Shown: positions 39,055 to 53,235 of the stretch, piece after piece
How positions within the stretch are numbered: position 1 is the stretch's first letter
Layout of the letters: the number at the start of each line of letters is the position of its first letter
Assembly: GCF_004010195.1 (NCBI RefSeq)
Contig: NC_057719.1
Span: 74,115,657-74,178,591, forward strand
Direction of reading: 5' to 3'
DNA length: 62,935 bases
From: Chiloscyllium plagiosum
Lineage: Eukaryota
The notes under the pieces: generated by a model
Database searches by the model: none
The model's input: only the letters and a program-made list of their open reading frames with translations
Told to the model about the DNA's origin: nothing
Translations under genes and position numbers: made by a program

Positions 39055-42000
39055 GTAAGTAAAAAGTGCAAACTTCAGTGTTCTCATTTTAACAAGGTAC
39101 GCTGCTCCTGCAAAGAAGCATCTCCTTTCTCTAGCTCACATACAGAATTAGGACAACAAATAAAATATCATAAATAGTGTGGACACTGTTCAACATTGCC
39201 CTGACGAAGCATGTTTTCTTTGGAAGTGAACCAATGGAGTTCAACACCAGTAAAGGATTCCTGTTTGAAACCATTAGTTTTCCAATTGGTGCAGAAATGG
39301 AATGCCAATCTATATTGTACCTTCTACTGAAGTGTATACTCTAAAATAGAAACGACATAGTTCATCCTCAAGTTTTGGATTCACGGTTGATTTCTGGCTT
39401 CTGCTCCTATCAGTTGAAACATTGGGATGACAGACAGTAAATGTGACAACTGCTTTGACCTATGGGACTGCTTGAAGAGGTAGAGGTCATCCAGTTGACA
39501 GTATCACTTGTCGTCATGATATTATATGTGTATCAACTCATGAGCTGTTTGGAGCCCGACTTTCAAGTCAGCAGGGTGAAGCTGAAGCTTAATTGACTAG
39601 TACTGGACATGTTCCAGAATTTTTTATTGGGTCAAGCGATGGAAAGCAATTGACATGTTTTTGTCAGACTGGAAATGTGTTTATTAATTGGATTTAGCTC
39701 CTGTTTCTGCTTTCAACTCTGGCTTCGTTGTAGGTCTGTGATATTTCCGAACAGGCTTTGGTGAACAAATACCAGGAATTATCAGATGAATAAATTACCA
39801 AGTCACTAATCTGTCCTCAACAGTCTGACTGGACTTCGTGTTCTGTTTATTCTTCTCCAAGGTCACATTGATGTTGATGAAAACAATATGATCAACATTT
39901 GCAGAATTTAACAAACAATGAAAAAGACCCTAAAGGATACCTCTTTGTTTCAGTGATAAAGAGTCACTATGAAATGGTTTTTTTTCCCCTGAAGCATGCA
40001 AAGTCCTGAGAACGTGTGACATGATTTCACTTGGAAATGAAAGAACTTTTAGAGTATAATACAGTTTTCTGTTGATTAATTTTGATAGGCTCAGTGTCTT
40101 TCAAATGAAAATTGCACATTGAACAGTAGTGCACTCTTTTTCCCCAAAGAAAAACAGGGAAGAAACTTTTCAACCCTGTCTATTATAATCCTCTATTGAT
40201 AATTAGAGGTCGAGTGAGTAATTTTAGGTTTCCACTCTAAACCGAGGTCACCATGACCAGGCCACAAAGTAATATTATATTTTATTCTTGGAAAACAAAT
40301 GAGTAGTAAAAAGTTAACCATGTCTGTTTTCTTGGTCCTGTAGAATGTGAGTCTGTGGTTTCAATACCAGTTGCTGTTTGGAAACACTAGTGATAGTCAA
40401 GAACATAATTAGCGAAGATGTTTTTCTCAATCACAGTCATCATTATGTCTGTACTACCTACTTTTCATACTAATTGGCCAATTTATGCGACTTTAATTTG
40501 AGGGAGGATTTTAACATTAGGCACAGCTACTTATGTTTCCCTGTGTATTTTGTACATTTGTTGGTGGTGTCTAAAATTGCAGCTTTAAAAATACGTGAAT
40601 TTGAAATAAGCAATTAAAATCCTCCAGGCAAATTCAAATACTGTCTGTATACAATTCTTGCCAACTAATCTCTCAAACAAAAAGCAACACATCTGCAAAA
40701 CTGTCATCACTTTTAGGATCTGATACCTTCAAGGTGAAATTAATGGTGGTCTTAGCGGAAAATAATTATCAGTTACAAATACAAGAAAGAAGGGAATTAG
40801 TTAGTGTCTCTCTTAAAAAATGAAGTTTTGAGGTATCTGTGTATCGGGCGGATAACTCTTCTGACCTGTATGGAACCACACAGGTTTCTAGCACACCAGA
40901 AGACCACTCATCCCATCATACCTGTACTGTCTTCTAGTAGTAACAATTCAAAGTCTACTGACCCATTCTCCATATCATTCTGTAGCTCTCCTTTGAATCT
41001 TTGTTCAGTTTTCCCTTAAAAATTCATCTCTGCCTCAACCATGCACTACAGCGTGACATTTAACTTTGCATTAAGGAATTCTTTTTCAGTGCTAAATTTT
41101 TAAAAATTGAAAAATGTAGCTAATTAGATTACAAGTATGGTGTACAATGGCAGTTCAAAATGCACTTAAATCAAAGTCGCAATGCTTGTTATTTTTCTGT
41201 CTAAATAGTTGTTTTCAGCTACTATACTTTTCATGCCCGTATTGACTGGTCTGTGTTCAGGATTAATTCTTTTTGCAATGTTCAGAGTACAGAGAAAACA
41301 AAATAAATCCAAATCCTCCCAGGAAAGCATTGTGGAGTCAGTGTCACACTTCCAGAGTACCTGGGCTTCACTGTTTCCTGAAACAGCCAACAGTGGATAA
41401 GAAATCATCATTGTTGTGTAACCAGTGTAGTTTCTGGGCAAAAAAAAAGACTTAACCAGCCTCACTGCAGATGACTGCACAACATTGGCAATAGATGGAG
41501 GAATTTAATTTCCTACTCATCCGAAGACATGTTTTGGAATTGGGAACCATTTGATTGAATGGAACGGTGAGAGTTGGAGATCTCCACTGCCTGTTTACTG
41601 CCCGTGATTACGTCAGGGCTAAGAAAGCCTATGGGTGCCAGTTGAAGTGGGTATACATTGCATCATAGTTCAACAAGCAGCTGACAGGGGCTTGCCATGC
41701 AGGGAGACTAACAGGCAATCTTTGCAGCTGCCTCAAATGGGAGCATCCATTGTTCAAAGGCACCGAGTGCTTGAGCACGGACCTCAGAATTGAGCAGGTG
41801 CGCCCTCTGCTCTTTCCTGTGAGTTCTGACTCCGTGGGAGTTTTTTTTTGTCATTTCCCAGCATTAAGACAACAAGAGTTAGTGATTAGAGTCCCTGTCC
41901 TACATTTTACAGTTTTTGAATGCATATTCAAAAACATTCACAGTAATAATTATGTCATTAACATCAGTGTTTCCTAATGCTAAAAGGAAAACACATTTGA

Positions 42001-43119
42001 AGTGAACTAAAAGTAAATTGAGCAGATCATTAAAAAAATCAACAGTTAGTACTTTGATAACTCTGAATGAATATGTCTGGGGAATTCTATTGCGGAAACC
42101 AGCCTCAACTTTAAACAGTACTGCTTGAACAACTGTACGTTGTATGGTTTTCTTCTGAAAGCCTATTGTAAAAAAAGCTTGTCAGAATCAGCTGACAGGT
42201 TGGATGCTCAATACTAGTTGTCCAAATTCAAACCTGAGGTGACCTTTAACATGTGTTGCACAGTTGATAGCATTGGCTCAATAAATGTTAGGAGCTGTTA
42301 GATGATATTGTTAATCATGTTTGGATTGTGCTTACTGAAAATGGTAATGTGCTGACTGATAGATAACCTTGTGTGCTATTCAAGTAACTGGATAGCCGAT
42401 TAAAAATATGGGAGCGTATTTGGAGAATTACTACTTCAAACGTTGCACATCGTTACATGTAATGCAATTTGTTAGAGAGCTGTTTCAAATAATTGTTCTT
42501 TTACCTGTTCTGTCCATTATAGGAAGTGACAGCTTGTATCCAAATGATTCATTCACCCCTGCTTTGCTGGCATCCTTCTAGGAAGCAGAACAACTTTTGT
42601 TTTTAATCTAAAATAATCCTCATTCCTATTCTGTAATCAGCAGCCAGGAGGATTAGCATATGATTCCTGTGACAATGTCCCATAGTTTCCATGACACATC
42701 CTCTTTCCCCTCCAAAACTGACCTCAGCCAGTTGTTGCCATAATGTTGCTGAAAGTTTTTGCTGGAATCAGTATTTGTAATTTTCAACTTTGCTGCAAGT
42801 GGTCAGTCTGCAAGCGTTGCAAAAACCGGACTGGTCTCATTTTGCAGGGTTGGGAAACAAGCTTTTGGAAATAGTTCCTTTTTGTCACACAAGTTCAGTA
42901 CTTGTCAGCATAGACTACTTAATAGTGCAACAATCAAACAGGATGATGAACTAAGGAATGGACTTTCATTCTTTTTCTGTATAATTCTTGTTTTAAAAGT
43001 AAGGGTAAAACTGCTTTGTTTTCAAAAAAAAAATTCTTTCATGGGATGTCAGCATTGTTGGCAAAGGCAGCATTTATTTCTTTTACCCAATTTCTTTGGA
43101 GTAGATGTTGCAAGATAAG

Positions 43120-43745
43120 TCAGAATGGTGTGTGACTTGGAGGGTAACTTGCAGGTGGAGGTATTTCCATGTATCTGCTGCCTTTGTCTTTCTAATTGCT
43201 AGATGTCTCGGATGCTGCTTGAACTGCTGTGCTTTTCCAGCACCACTCTAATCCAGAATCTGGATTCCAGCATCTGCAATCATTGTTTTTACCTATTTGC
43301 TAGACATGGAGAGCTTGGCAGATGCTGTCAGAGGTGAGTTGTTGGGTGTGTCTATCATGGAGATGGAGCATACTGCTGTCTCTGTGTGTCAGTGGTGGAA
43401 GGGTGGAATGTTTAAGGTAGTAGATGTGATGCCAATCAAGTCAATTGCTTTATCCTGGAAGGTGTCAAGCTTCTTGAATGTTGGAACTGCATTCATCCAG
43501 GCCAGGGAAGAGTCCATCACATCCATCACAGTACTGACTTGAGTCCTGTAGATGATGGGTTGGCTTTGACAAGTCAGATGAAGAGTTATTCACTTCAGAA
43601 TTCCCAGCCTTTGACCTCAATTATCACCTACACCCAGTATTTGCAGCTCAGTTCAGGTTTTGATCAGTGGAGATCTCCAAATTTGATATCAGGGAATTCA
43701 GTTGTGATAAAGCCAATGAATTTCAAGGAGGGAGGTAGTTAGATG
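43120..43745 (-). mobile_element. Fragment of the same LINE family as 25755-28402, containing a small Penelope-type insert (~43205-43295)
   Basis: Reverse-complement similarity to ~27750-28250. The insert is flanked by TTGCTAGA on both sides. Confidence 0.65.
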
Positions 43746-44671
43746 CCAAATTGTACTTTCAGTGAAACAGCTTAGCTTTCCATTGTTACCATAGAGGACT
43801 TTGCAGAATCAACATGCTACTTTTATTTATGGTGCCTCAGTCAAAGGTGACTTGTTATTTATTCCAGCATGTATTGCCTGCCACTATTCGCCCTTGAGAG
43901 AGTGGTGCTGAATTGCGGCCTTGAACCACTGCAATGTGCAATTTCTCATCCAGATAAAATTAAAACACGGGATCCACGTGACCCAGTTGATTGAACTTGC
44001 TTCAATCTGTGGTCAGGTGATTGAAGCCATTTTATAACCATGATTTTTCCCTCTTTAAAATGATTTTAACCATGAAGGTTTCTGACAGAAGTTTTAAAAT
44101 ATGGATCAAGAATTTACCACTATCGTAACAAGATTTCCTTCCCTAAAAGAACCATGTGGGTGTTTTATAATAGTTTCCTTGTTTAAATCCTTGTGGGTTT
44201 AAAAGTTGATTAAATTAAAATTTCATCACTTGTCATGTTGAGATTTGAACCTTTCTCCTGGCATTATTAGCCTGAGTCACTGGATTGTTCAGTCCAGTGA
44301 CGGACCACTTTTTCATCATCTGGTCAAATGACATTGTTCCACATGAATCTTTGTGCAAATACAATACTTCCATATTCAGGTCCTTTAAAAGAAATGTGTG
44401 TCAGATTTTGGGCAGTACTAAACGATCCATGTGGAATTTTGATACAATGATTCTACTTCTAACAGTGCAGACATGTATGAGCCCCATTAATTTGGTGCTG
44501 AAAGGCGTTAGTCAATATTTGAAGTAACACTCCATTCTTTGCAAAGAAAAGTTATGCAGTAGCTAAGCAACAAAAAAGTTCAGTTCAATGTGTTGTAGCT
44601 GTCACTCTGCCTCAATGAGGTTAGTATTTTAATGCAGCGACCAGGCCAACAGTTATTGGACATTATATATA

Positions 44672-44790
44672 AAGTTGGAGAAGCACAGCAGGTCAGACAA
44701 CATCCAAAGAGCAGGAAAGTCTATGTTTCCTGCCGAAACCCTTCATCATTGACTCTGGCTTCCAGCATCTGCAGTCCTTACTGTCTCCAA
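44672..44790. mobile_element. Short Penelope-derived insertion
   Basis: AAGCACAGCAGGTCAG..CCCTTCATCA followed by an inverted CCAGCATCTGCAGTCC end. Imperfect TSD AGTTATTGGACATTA / AGTTATTTAACATTA. Confidence 0.65.
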
Positions 44791-45203
44791 GTTATTTAAC
44801 ATTACTTACTTTGAGTTTGGATTTCATGGTGAGGTTGTACAGAATGTTGGTGGAGTCTCCTAGAGTCAGAGAGATGTACAGCATGGAAACACACCCTATG
44901 GTCCAACGCATCCATGTCGACCAGATATCCCAACCCAATCTAGTCCTACCTGCCTGCACCCTGCCCATATCCCTCCAAATCCTTCTGATTCATATTCCCA
45001 TCCTTTTAAATGTTGCATTCGTACTAGCGTCCATCACTTCCTCTGGCAGCTCATTCCATACACGTACCACCCTCTGCTTGAAAAAGTTTAGTCTCTCCCT
45101 ATAGCTCAAATCCTCCAACCCTGGCAACATCCTTGTAAATCTTTTCTGAACCCTTTCAAGTTTCACAACATCTTTCCAATAGGAAGGAGACCAGAATTGC
45201 ACG

Positions 45204-45211
45204 NNNNNNNN
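45204..45211. other. Assembly gap
   Basis: 8 N. Confidence 1.
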
Positions 45212-47317
45212 GATCCCATTGTAATCTGTGGTAACCCTCTTCTCTGTCCACGACACCTCCAATTTTGGTGTCATCTGCAAACTTACTAACTGTACCTCTT
45301 ATACTCACATCCAAATCATTTATGTAAATGATGAAAAGTAGTGGACCCAGCACCAATCCTTGTGGCACACCACTGGTCACAGGCCTCCAGTCTGAAAAAC
45401 AACCCTCCACCACCACCCTCTGTCTTCTACCTTTGAGCCAGTTCTGTATCCAAATGGCTAGTTCTCCCTGTATTCCATGAGATCTAACCTTACTAACCAG
45501 TCTCCCATGGGGAACCATGTTGAACGCCTTACTGAAGTCCATATAGATTACATCTACCGCTGTGCCCTCCTCAACCTTCTTTGTTACTTCAAAAATATAA
45601 TACAATCCCAATGAAGTTATCATCCCTTTCTTATTTCTCAGTTCCACCCAAATAACTTCCCTGGATGTATTTCTGGGAATAACCTCCCTCAGTACAGCTG
45701 TAATGCTATCCCTTATCAAAAACGTCACTCCCCCTCCTCTCTTACCTCCCTTTCTGTCGTTTCTGTAGCATTTGTATCCTGGAACATTAAGCTGCCAGTC
45801 CTGCCCATCCCTGAGCCATGTTTCTGTAATTGCTATGATATTCCAGTCCCACGTTCCTAACCATGCCCTGAGTTCATCTGACTTCTCTGTTTGGCCTCTT
45901 GCATTGAAATAAATTCAGTTTAATTTATCAGTCCTACCTTGTTCTCTGCTTTGTCCCTGACTGTTTCACTTGCCTTTTTTCTCAACTGTACCAGTCTCAT
46001 GATTGATCTCTTTCCTCATATCTCCCTGGATACCACACCCCCACCTTACTATTTTAAATCCTCCCGAGCAGCTCTAGCAAATCTCCCTGCCAGTATATTA
46101 GACCCCTTCCAATTTAGGTGCAATCTGTCCTTCCTTTACAGCTCACATCTATCCCAAAAGAGATTCCAGTGATCCAAAAATGTGAATCCTTCTCCCATAC
46201 ACCAGCTCCTCAGCCATGCATTCATCTGCTCTATTCTCCTATTCCTGCCCTCACTAGCTCATAGCACCGGGAATAATCGAGATATTACTAACCTTGAGGA
46301 CCTCCTTTTTAAATTCCTCCTTAACTCTTTGTAATCTCCCTTCTGCATCTCAACCTTTTCCCTTCCTATGTTGTTGGTTCCAATGTGGACAATGACCTCC
46401 TGCTGGCCCCTCTTTCCCCTTGAGAACATTCTGCACCCTCTCTGAGACATCCTTGATCCTGGCACCAGGGAAGCAACACACCATTCTGATTTTTCACTGC
46501 TGGCCACAGAAACGTCTGTCTGTACCTCGGACTACAGAATCCCCTAACACAATCACTCTCTTGGAACCCAACGTACCCCTCATTGCATTAAAGCAACTCT
46601 CGATACCAGAAAGTTGGTTGTTCGTGCTATGTTTCCCTGAGAATCCATCACCCCCTATATTTTCCAAAACAGCATGCTTGTTTGAAATGGGGATAGCCAC
46701 AAAAGACTCCTGCACTACCTGCCTACCTCTTTACCTTTCCTGGAGTTAACCTATCTATGTGACTGTATCTGTAACTTTTCCCCCTTCCTATAACTGCCAT
46801 CCATCACATCCCCTTGGTCTTGTAAATTCCTCATTGCCTCTAACTGTCTCTTCAACCGATATATTCGATCTAATAGGATTCGCAACCACCAGCACTTATT
46901 GCAGATATAATCCACAGTATCCCGTAAACTCTCCCAAAATGCCCACATCTGACAAGAAGAGCATGTCACTCTACTAAAGGCCATTTTTGCTTCTTTCAAT
47001 CTACAGACCCAGAAAATAGCACTGTCTTATTCCTCAACAAAATACTGCTCCAGGTTAAATTAATACTTATGGCTTATATTTTAAGTTTAATCAAGAGACA
47101 TATCTCAATAAAACATATAATCAAGAAAGAACCCACTCTACTCACTACTGCAGACTTACTGTAAGGCCACACTTAAAAATATTTACTTATCTGTTTCTGT
47201 GCTGTGACCTCGCCCAAACAGGTTTCTCCAAGATTTGTTGTGAATTTCACTGCTTGTTAATTTTCCCAGATACACTCCGATGTCCAGCGATACATGAATT
47301 CAAACAGCAAATGCAGT

Positions 47318-47319
<2 letters not shown>

Positions 47320-47362
<43 letters not shown>
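47320..47362. repeat. (CT)n microsatellite in the CR1 5' UTR
   Basis: About 21 perfect CT units. Confidence 0.95.
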
Positions 47363-47365
<3 letters not shown>

Positions 47366-47400
47366 CCCCCTGTGCTGACCTCACCATGTGCTTCCTTTCG

Positions 47401-47940
47401 GGAGTACTGTGTGCACTTCTAGTCGCCCTGTTATCAGAAAGATATTATTAAACTGGAGAGGGTTCAGTAAAGATTGACCAGGATGTTGACTGGAATGGAG
47501 GGTTCGAGTTAGGAGAAGAAGTTGGATATCTGGGACTTTTTCCAGTGGAGCACAGAAATTTGAGGGCTGACCTTATTGAGGTTTATAAAATTATGAGGGG
47601 CATAGATGAAGTGAATGTCACAGGTATTTTCCCGAGGGTAGGGGAGTTCAAACTATGGGGCATATTTTTAAGGTGAGAGGAGAACGATTTAAAACTTAAC
47701 ATGAGGAGCAATTTATGTTTTTATAGAAAGTGGCTGATGTGTGGGTTCAACTGCCAGAGGAAGTGGTGGATGCAGGTACAGTTACAATGTTTAAAAGGCA
47801 TTTGAATGAGTACCTGAACAGTGAAGGTTTGGATGGATATGGATCAATTGCAGTCAGTTGGGGCTAATTTAGTTTGGGAAGATTGTCAGCCTGGACTAGT
47901 TGGATCGAAGGGTCTGTTTCTGTGCTGTATGACTCTCCTG
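47401..47940 (+). mobile_element. Older CR1 3' fragment (its left part lies at ~44810-44860)
   Basis: KLERVQ*RLTRML and LPEEVVDAGT-type sequence with a CR1 tail. Confidence 0.82.
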
Positions 47941-48584
47941 CAGATGAGACTAGTTATACATTTACAGATAATAAATTTACAGATAAGGTACTTCCCTTAT
48001 TATATCGCTGTGCATTATGAACTACTGTTCAGCTGTTGGATTACCTTGTTCAAAGTGACACAAATATATAAGATGCAGATGTTTCTTCCACGTTGGTGAC
48101 TTAATCTAAAATCTGGTCAGAAGCTGAAATTCCCTGACCTACACCAGTCTCTTATGTTGTTCTGATGCCAAAACTATGCACTCTGCTTCAAACTCTTACA
48201 GTCATTTGCCAGATCTCCTTTTACAAAGCTTGAGGGAATGCTGTCCCCGTACTGTGCCAAATGCCAATTCAGACCAACTGAAGAAAATTAATTAAGCATG
48301 AAATGAATTGCTTGTTTAATCAGCATATTAAAATTAATCTGGTTTATTGAAGTATAAATTCCTACGCTTGTAGTAAGACATATGAAAGTGCGCTCTTACT
48401 TAGACTATGTTATTTAGACTGGTATTAAAATCAAGATGTTTTCCATCTTCCATTACGTTTGGATTTTGTTTGGTTTTGCTATTACATCTCAATTTTCTCA
48501 CTGTGTCCCGTTTCAGTATTTTCGCTTCAGTTCTGTTCAGCTGTGTTTATTTTTGTGGCTTTTGCTGTCTCCAGGCCTTTCTTT

Positions 48585-49012
48585 TTCTGGCTCAGTTGGT
48601 GGTATTCTCACCTCTGAGTCACAAGGCTGAGGGTTCACGGTCAGTTCCAGCACCTGAATGCGAAACCGAGGCTGAATTTCCAGTACGTTGCTGAGGGTGA
48701 TGCTGCACCTTTGGCGGGTCTGCCTGTGGTCGCAGTCCCCACATCCCCCTAAGTTACATGGAAAAGATCCTCTTGCATTGTTTGACAGAAGAGCAAGGGA
48801 GCTGGCTCTAGTGTCCTGCTCAATATTTATCTCTCAATTAACAGTGCAAAACAAATTACCTGGTCATTATGTTTGTCGGGATTACTATCCAAATTACCAC
48901 AGTTCCTGCATTGCAGCAGTGATTATACTTCAAGAATGCTCCATTGGATGTACAATATTTTCATCCAGTAGTCATGAAAGGTGTAAATAGAAATGCAAGT
49001 CTTTGTCTTTTT
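48585..49012 (+). mobile_element. DeuSINE-like element (SacSINE1/AmnSINE1-related), near full length, degenerate
   Basis: tRNA-like head TGGCTCAGTTGG..GGTTCA, a Deu-domain-like AAAAGATCC..GAAGAGCAAGGGAG..GTGTCCTG segment, and the tail GAAAGGTG..AAATGCAAGTCTTT. Confidence 0.7.
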
Positions 49013-50261
49013 CAATTTTCTCTTTGGATCTTTAATTCAATCAGTTTGTTTCTTCAATGCTCTCTTGAAACACCCAAAGAAATTACAGCTCTGCATCTTC
49101 ACCTTATCCATTCTACAAGCCTTACGTTAATTGAAGATACTTTGTTGTATTTTTTTTGCCAACTCTATTCAGCCTTTCTCCCCTCCATATTAATCCTTGC
49201 AAAGACTTCTTAACTGTGAGAATCTTTGTCTATTCTGCACTTTGTTAGATATATTTACAGGCTGTTTGTTGTAGAAGGATTCTAGCTTCATTGGTCTGAG
49301 GGCCTTTTTTTTTACAGTGGGAGGGGATCAACCATAATTGAGTCTTAACAAGAAGGAGTTCTTGTCTTAAATTTAGTTTATAGTGTGATAACAAATAGGT
49401 GCGAGTTACATTTGTTTATTAGACATGATTACTGGAACTATGGGGAGAAAGAAAATATAGCTGTTCTGTTCAAGATTGAGAGCTGTTCTGATTTACTCAT
49501 TGCAAGACTACATGCTATCTTCAGATTGGATGGAGGTTATTGTTGTGTTGAACCTTAACCCTTTCAGAACCATTACCTTTTACAAACGTCCTAAGCCTTT
49601 CTTCTACCTTGGTTTTGATTCAAAACAAAGATTTGAACCCCTATTCTGTTTTAGTCAGAGAAACCTCTGACAAAACAAAGCTCACCCAATTGCAACCTCT
49701 TCGCTGGCAAAGGAGATTTTGTGAACTTCCAGTCTTCGTTGTAATTTATTTATTCCATATTTGCATCATTTTTATTTAGTATTGTGTAATCTTAGACCAT
49801 GATTTGCAATCAGTTAGGTGGATTCATTGAAACATCAGAGTAGTGTTCCTTCAATGTCATTATTAATTACAGACTGAACAATGACTTGACTAGCAGAAAA
49901 GGTGTTGCCATTTACAAAGTCGATACTTAAGATATCAGTGTTGATTGTTTTAATTTCCACATGAAAATAAGTGTGAAGAAGCCATCCAGGGGGCCTCGAG
50001 TGAGGATAGCTCAGAGCCAAATCCAGTTGTCAGACATTGGCAAGGAGTTTATTTATAAATCAAGTGAAATAGCCACCAATAATGAATGGTTCTTACTGGA
50101 GCATCCTCCAAGCTAGCCTTTTTCTTGTTCCCATGGTCTTTTACTTGTTCCCATGGCCTTTTACAGAACAACTGGTTCTTCCTCTTATATCCCAACACAA
50201 ATTATGTACAAATGTCGTGTTGCCTGAGGAATCCGGATAAAACTGCTATTGTCCTAAAGGG

Positions 50262-50918
50262 TATTTGGGTTGTGAAGAAGGCATTTGACGCTCTTGCCTT
50301 CATTGGTCAGTACATTTAAGTATGGGAGTTAGGATGTCATGTTGCAGCAGTACAAACATTGGTGAGGCCACTTTTAGAATGTTGCATTCAGTCCTGGTCT
50401 CCCTCGTATCAGAAAGATGTTGTTTAAAGGGTTCAGAAAAGATATACAAGGATATTGTCAGGCTTGAAGGATTTGACTATAGGGAGAGGCTGAATAGGCT
50501 GGGGCTATTTTCCCTGGAGCGTCAGAGACTGAGGGGGTGGCCTTATAGAGGTTTATAAAGGGCATGGATAGGGTAAACATTATTCTAGGAATAGCCAAGG
50601 TCTTTTTCCCAGGGTAGAGGAATCCAAAATTAGAGGGCATTGGTTTAAGATGAGGGGGAAAATAATTGAAAGGGTCTTAAGAGGCAACTTTTTCACACGC
50701 AAGGTGGTGCGTGTTTGGAATGAGCTGCCAGAGGAAGTGGTGGAAGCTGGTACAATTACAGCATTTAAAAGACATCTGGTTGGACACATGAATAGGAAGG
50801 GTTTAGAGGGATATTGGCCAAGTACTGGCAAATGGGGCAAAGTCAGTTTAGAATATCTGGTTGGCGTGGACAAGTTGGACAGAAGGGTCTATATCTGTGC
50901 TGTATAACTCTATGACTC
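50262..50918 (+). mobile_element. CR1 LINE 3' fragment
   Basis: YRERLNRLGLFSLE and FFTRKVVRVWNELPEEVVEAGT motifs with an ACTCTATGACTC tail. Confidence 0.9.
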
Positions 50919-52028
50919 AGTAAGTAAATGTACAATTTGAACAGTGAAATAACAAGGTAAAACTACAAAGCTGGACATATACAAGACCCAAAAGCCTGGC
51001 AACACCACTGTACGTCAGAACGAAGTCAAGAATGGGATGTTGTCCATGGTGTCGTGTGTCTCCCCTACTATCCCTGTTCTTCCTCTCTTCCCCCCCCATC
51101 CAAAAAAGAGATTTAAATGAAGTGTTGAAGGCTGTGTGGACTGCTGTTAACATAGCAGATGACTCAGCCAGCATTTCCTATGGCTGCTAATGTGAACAAA
51201 AACCTTTCTTTACTCAAACTGACGACCAGAGACGATGTACCCAATTGTGAAGGTAGCAATTTGGAAGCACATGTGCAGTCTAATTAACCACATTAATCTT
51301 CCTGTGACAACTTCAGAATGCACAGTAAAACATGGAGAAGGGTAACCATAGATCAATCCCTATCCCTATATCATTAGACAATCATTTGAAACACAGTCAT
51401 CCAGACAAAGAGGGGGTGGAATCGCAACACTGAGGGTGCAATGCAGCTGGTGCCTCATTTCCTACGTAAGGTATGTCTGGGGGGAGAACTGGCTAATGCC
51501 CAAATGCATGACTTTGTTAACTGGGTGCGAGAGGCGCTGTACGGCGCAGACTTTTGCACTTGGCTTAATGAAAAAATATCAGCTCTCACCCTATGTGAAA
51601 TAACGTCTGGTATTAAATGCATCTGAGTAAATCCCAACAGGGAGATTTTCTTCAAAAGGCAATTGTTGAGGGCAGTAAACTGCAGCAACTTGTCAAGTTA
51701 TTTCAGTGGTACATGTCCTGCCTCTGTGACCTCTTGATCCAAGAAGGAGGAAACCAGCAAAAATCACAGGCTAACCATCAACTCTCACCATAATGACTCA
51801 AATCTGTTCCTTCACTTTTGGTGCTGGATCAAGACCTCCTGGAACTCTCATCATCACCATCACCACAGGGCTGCAGTGGTTCTAGGAAAAGGCCCAGTGG
51901 CACCTTGATTGGTAGTATTGGCAGATAGGCTAGAGTATATATATTGTAGGTGGTATGTTATAACTAATGGAACCATATGGACCAATATTCATCCAGAAAT
52001 TGGGTCTCTTTGATTTGCTTTTCCACAG

Positions 52029-52157
52029 AGCCAAGTTATGGGACAGTCAGTCCAACACTGTGCGCGAGGCTGATAAACTGCACCCTGACAGAGAAGGATT
52101 GCCCATACGGCTTTGTGCAAGATCAGAAGGGATGTTTGATGTGCCAGTGCCTACCAA
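52029..52157 (+). CDS. CRIM1: CRIM1-like coding exon (exon 8 equivalent), antistasin-like repeat 1
   Basis: Acceptor ttgcttttccacag, donor A|gtaagt, 129 nt, phase 1-1. Encodes (E)PSYGTVSPTLCARLINCTLTEKDCPYGFVQDQKGCLMCQCLP. Confidence 0.94.
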
Positions 52158-52919
52158 GTAAGTGGTACAATCCTTTCAGAATGCCAGGGAGCTTTTAGTC
52201 ACCAAGTACTGAACTCTAGCTCAGTAAATGTAATCTTTGTATTAAACTTGCTTTGAATTGTAAGCTCCTTGGCAAAACTCCAGGAAAATGCAGTGGAAAT
52301 TTCTTCAGTCACTGTTTGTCTGCTCTATCCCTTCACTTTTGGTATTATCAGCAGTGACCTGAAGTACATAGTACATCAGCATAATCAAAAAAGTCTGTTT
52401 ATAACAAACCACAAATGATGGTAAGTCATATGGTATATTTCCCAACATTTACACCTTTGCAAAGTTGTTTGGCCCTGGGTCCAGCATCAGGGTTAGATAA
52501 TCTCTGCCATAGCTAACCTCTGTCTCTCTAGATAAAGGCTGAGCAGCCCAGTTTAAATGGCCAATTACCCTGATCCCAGAAAATTGTCTGCAGTCTGGGA
52601 GATTTCTCAAAGCAGTCCTGCTGAAAGTGCACTAAAGCGCCCTCAAAATACATGGGAAATCCTGATTCATGTTTGTTTCTATATTGATGACAAATGAAAT
52701 GAATGATGTTTTAATGCAACCAAAAACTCTCAATTATCAGGGATTTCCATGGCTTCCCCAAGGAAGTAACTTAGTTGGGAATTTAGCAGATTCCCCTTCT
52801 ACCAAACTTCAACAAAGTCGATGAAACGTCGAAGGAATTCCATTTTTGATCCCCTTTGTTAATGTTGCACAATTATTCAAACCTTAGAAAGGAAATTTAA
52901 TGTTCAGGAGTCTGTAGTC

Positions 52920-52921
52920 TT

Positions 52922-52968
<47 letters not shown>

Positions 52969-53235
52969 GACGCAAACACTCACACACCCCACACTCACGC
53001 GTGCGCACACACACACACACTCACTCACTCTCACAGGCCCTCTGTCTCACACACGCATTCTCTATCACACGTGCTGTCCTTCTCCCACACACACACACTC
53101 CTCTCCTGCACACTCTCACGTGCACCCAATCTCTCTATCTCTCATGCACACTTCTTTCTCTCTCTTTCGCATGCTTTTTCTCTCTCTCACATGCGCACGC
53201 TGTCTCTCTCTCTCTCTCACACGTGCACACACTCT
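52920..53235. repeat. Compound (CT)n/(CA)n low-complexity microsatellite
   Basis: Alternating CT and CA dinucleotide tracts. Confidence 0.92.

Larger units (their letters stand above)
44860..47400 (-). mobile_element. CR1 LINE retaining 5' UTR, ORF1 (Zn-finger plus SGNH esterase) and an internally deleted ORF2
   Basis: ORF1 pieces CSSCQMW..YICNKC, VIVLGDSVVRG and VIVHIGTNNIG. The ORF2 endonuclease start is fused to RT ([27 protein letters not shown]), with the 3' tail near 44860. Confidence 0.92.
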
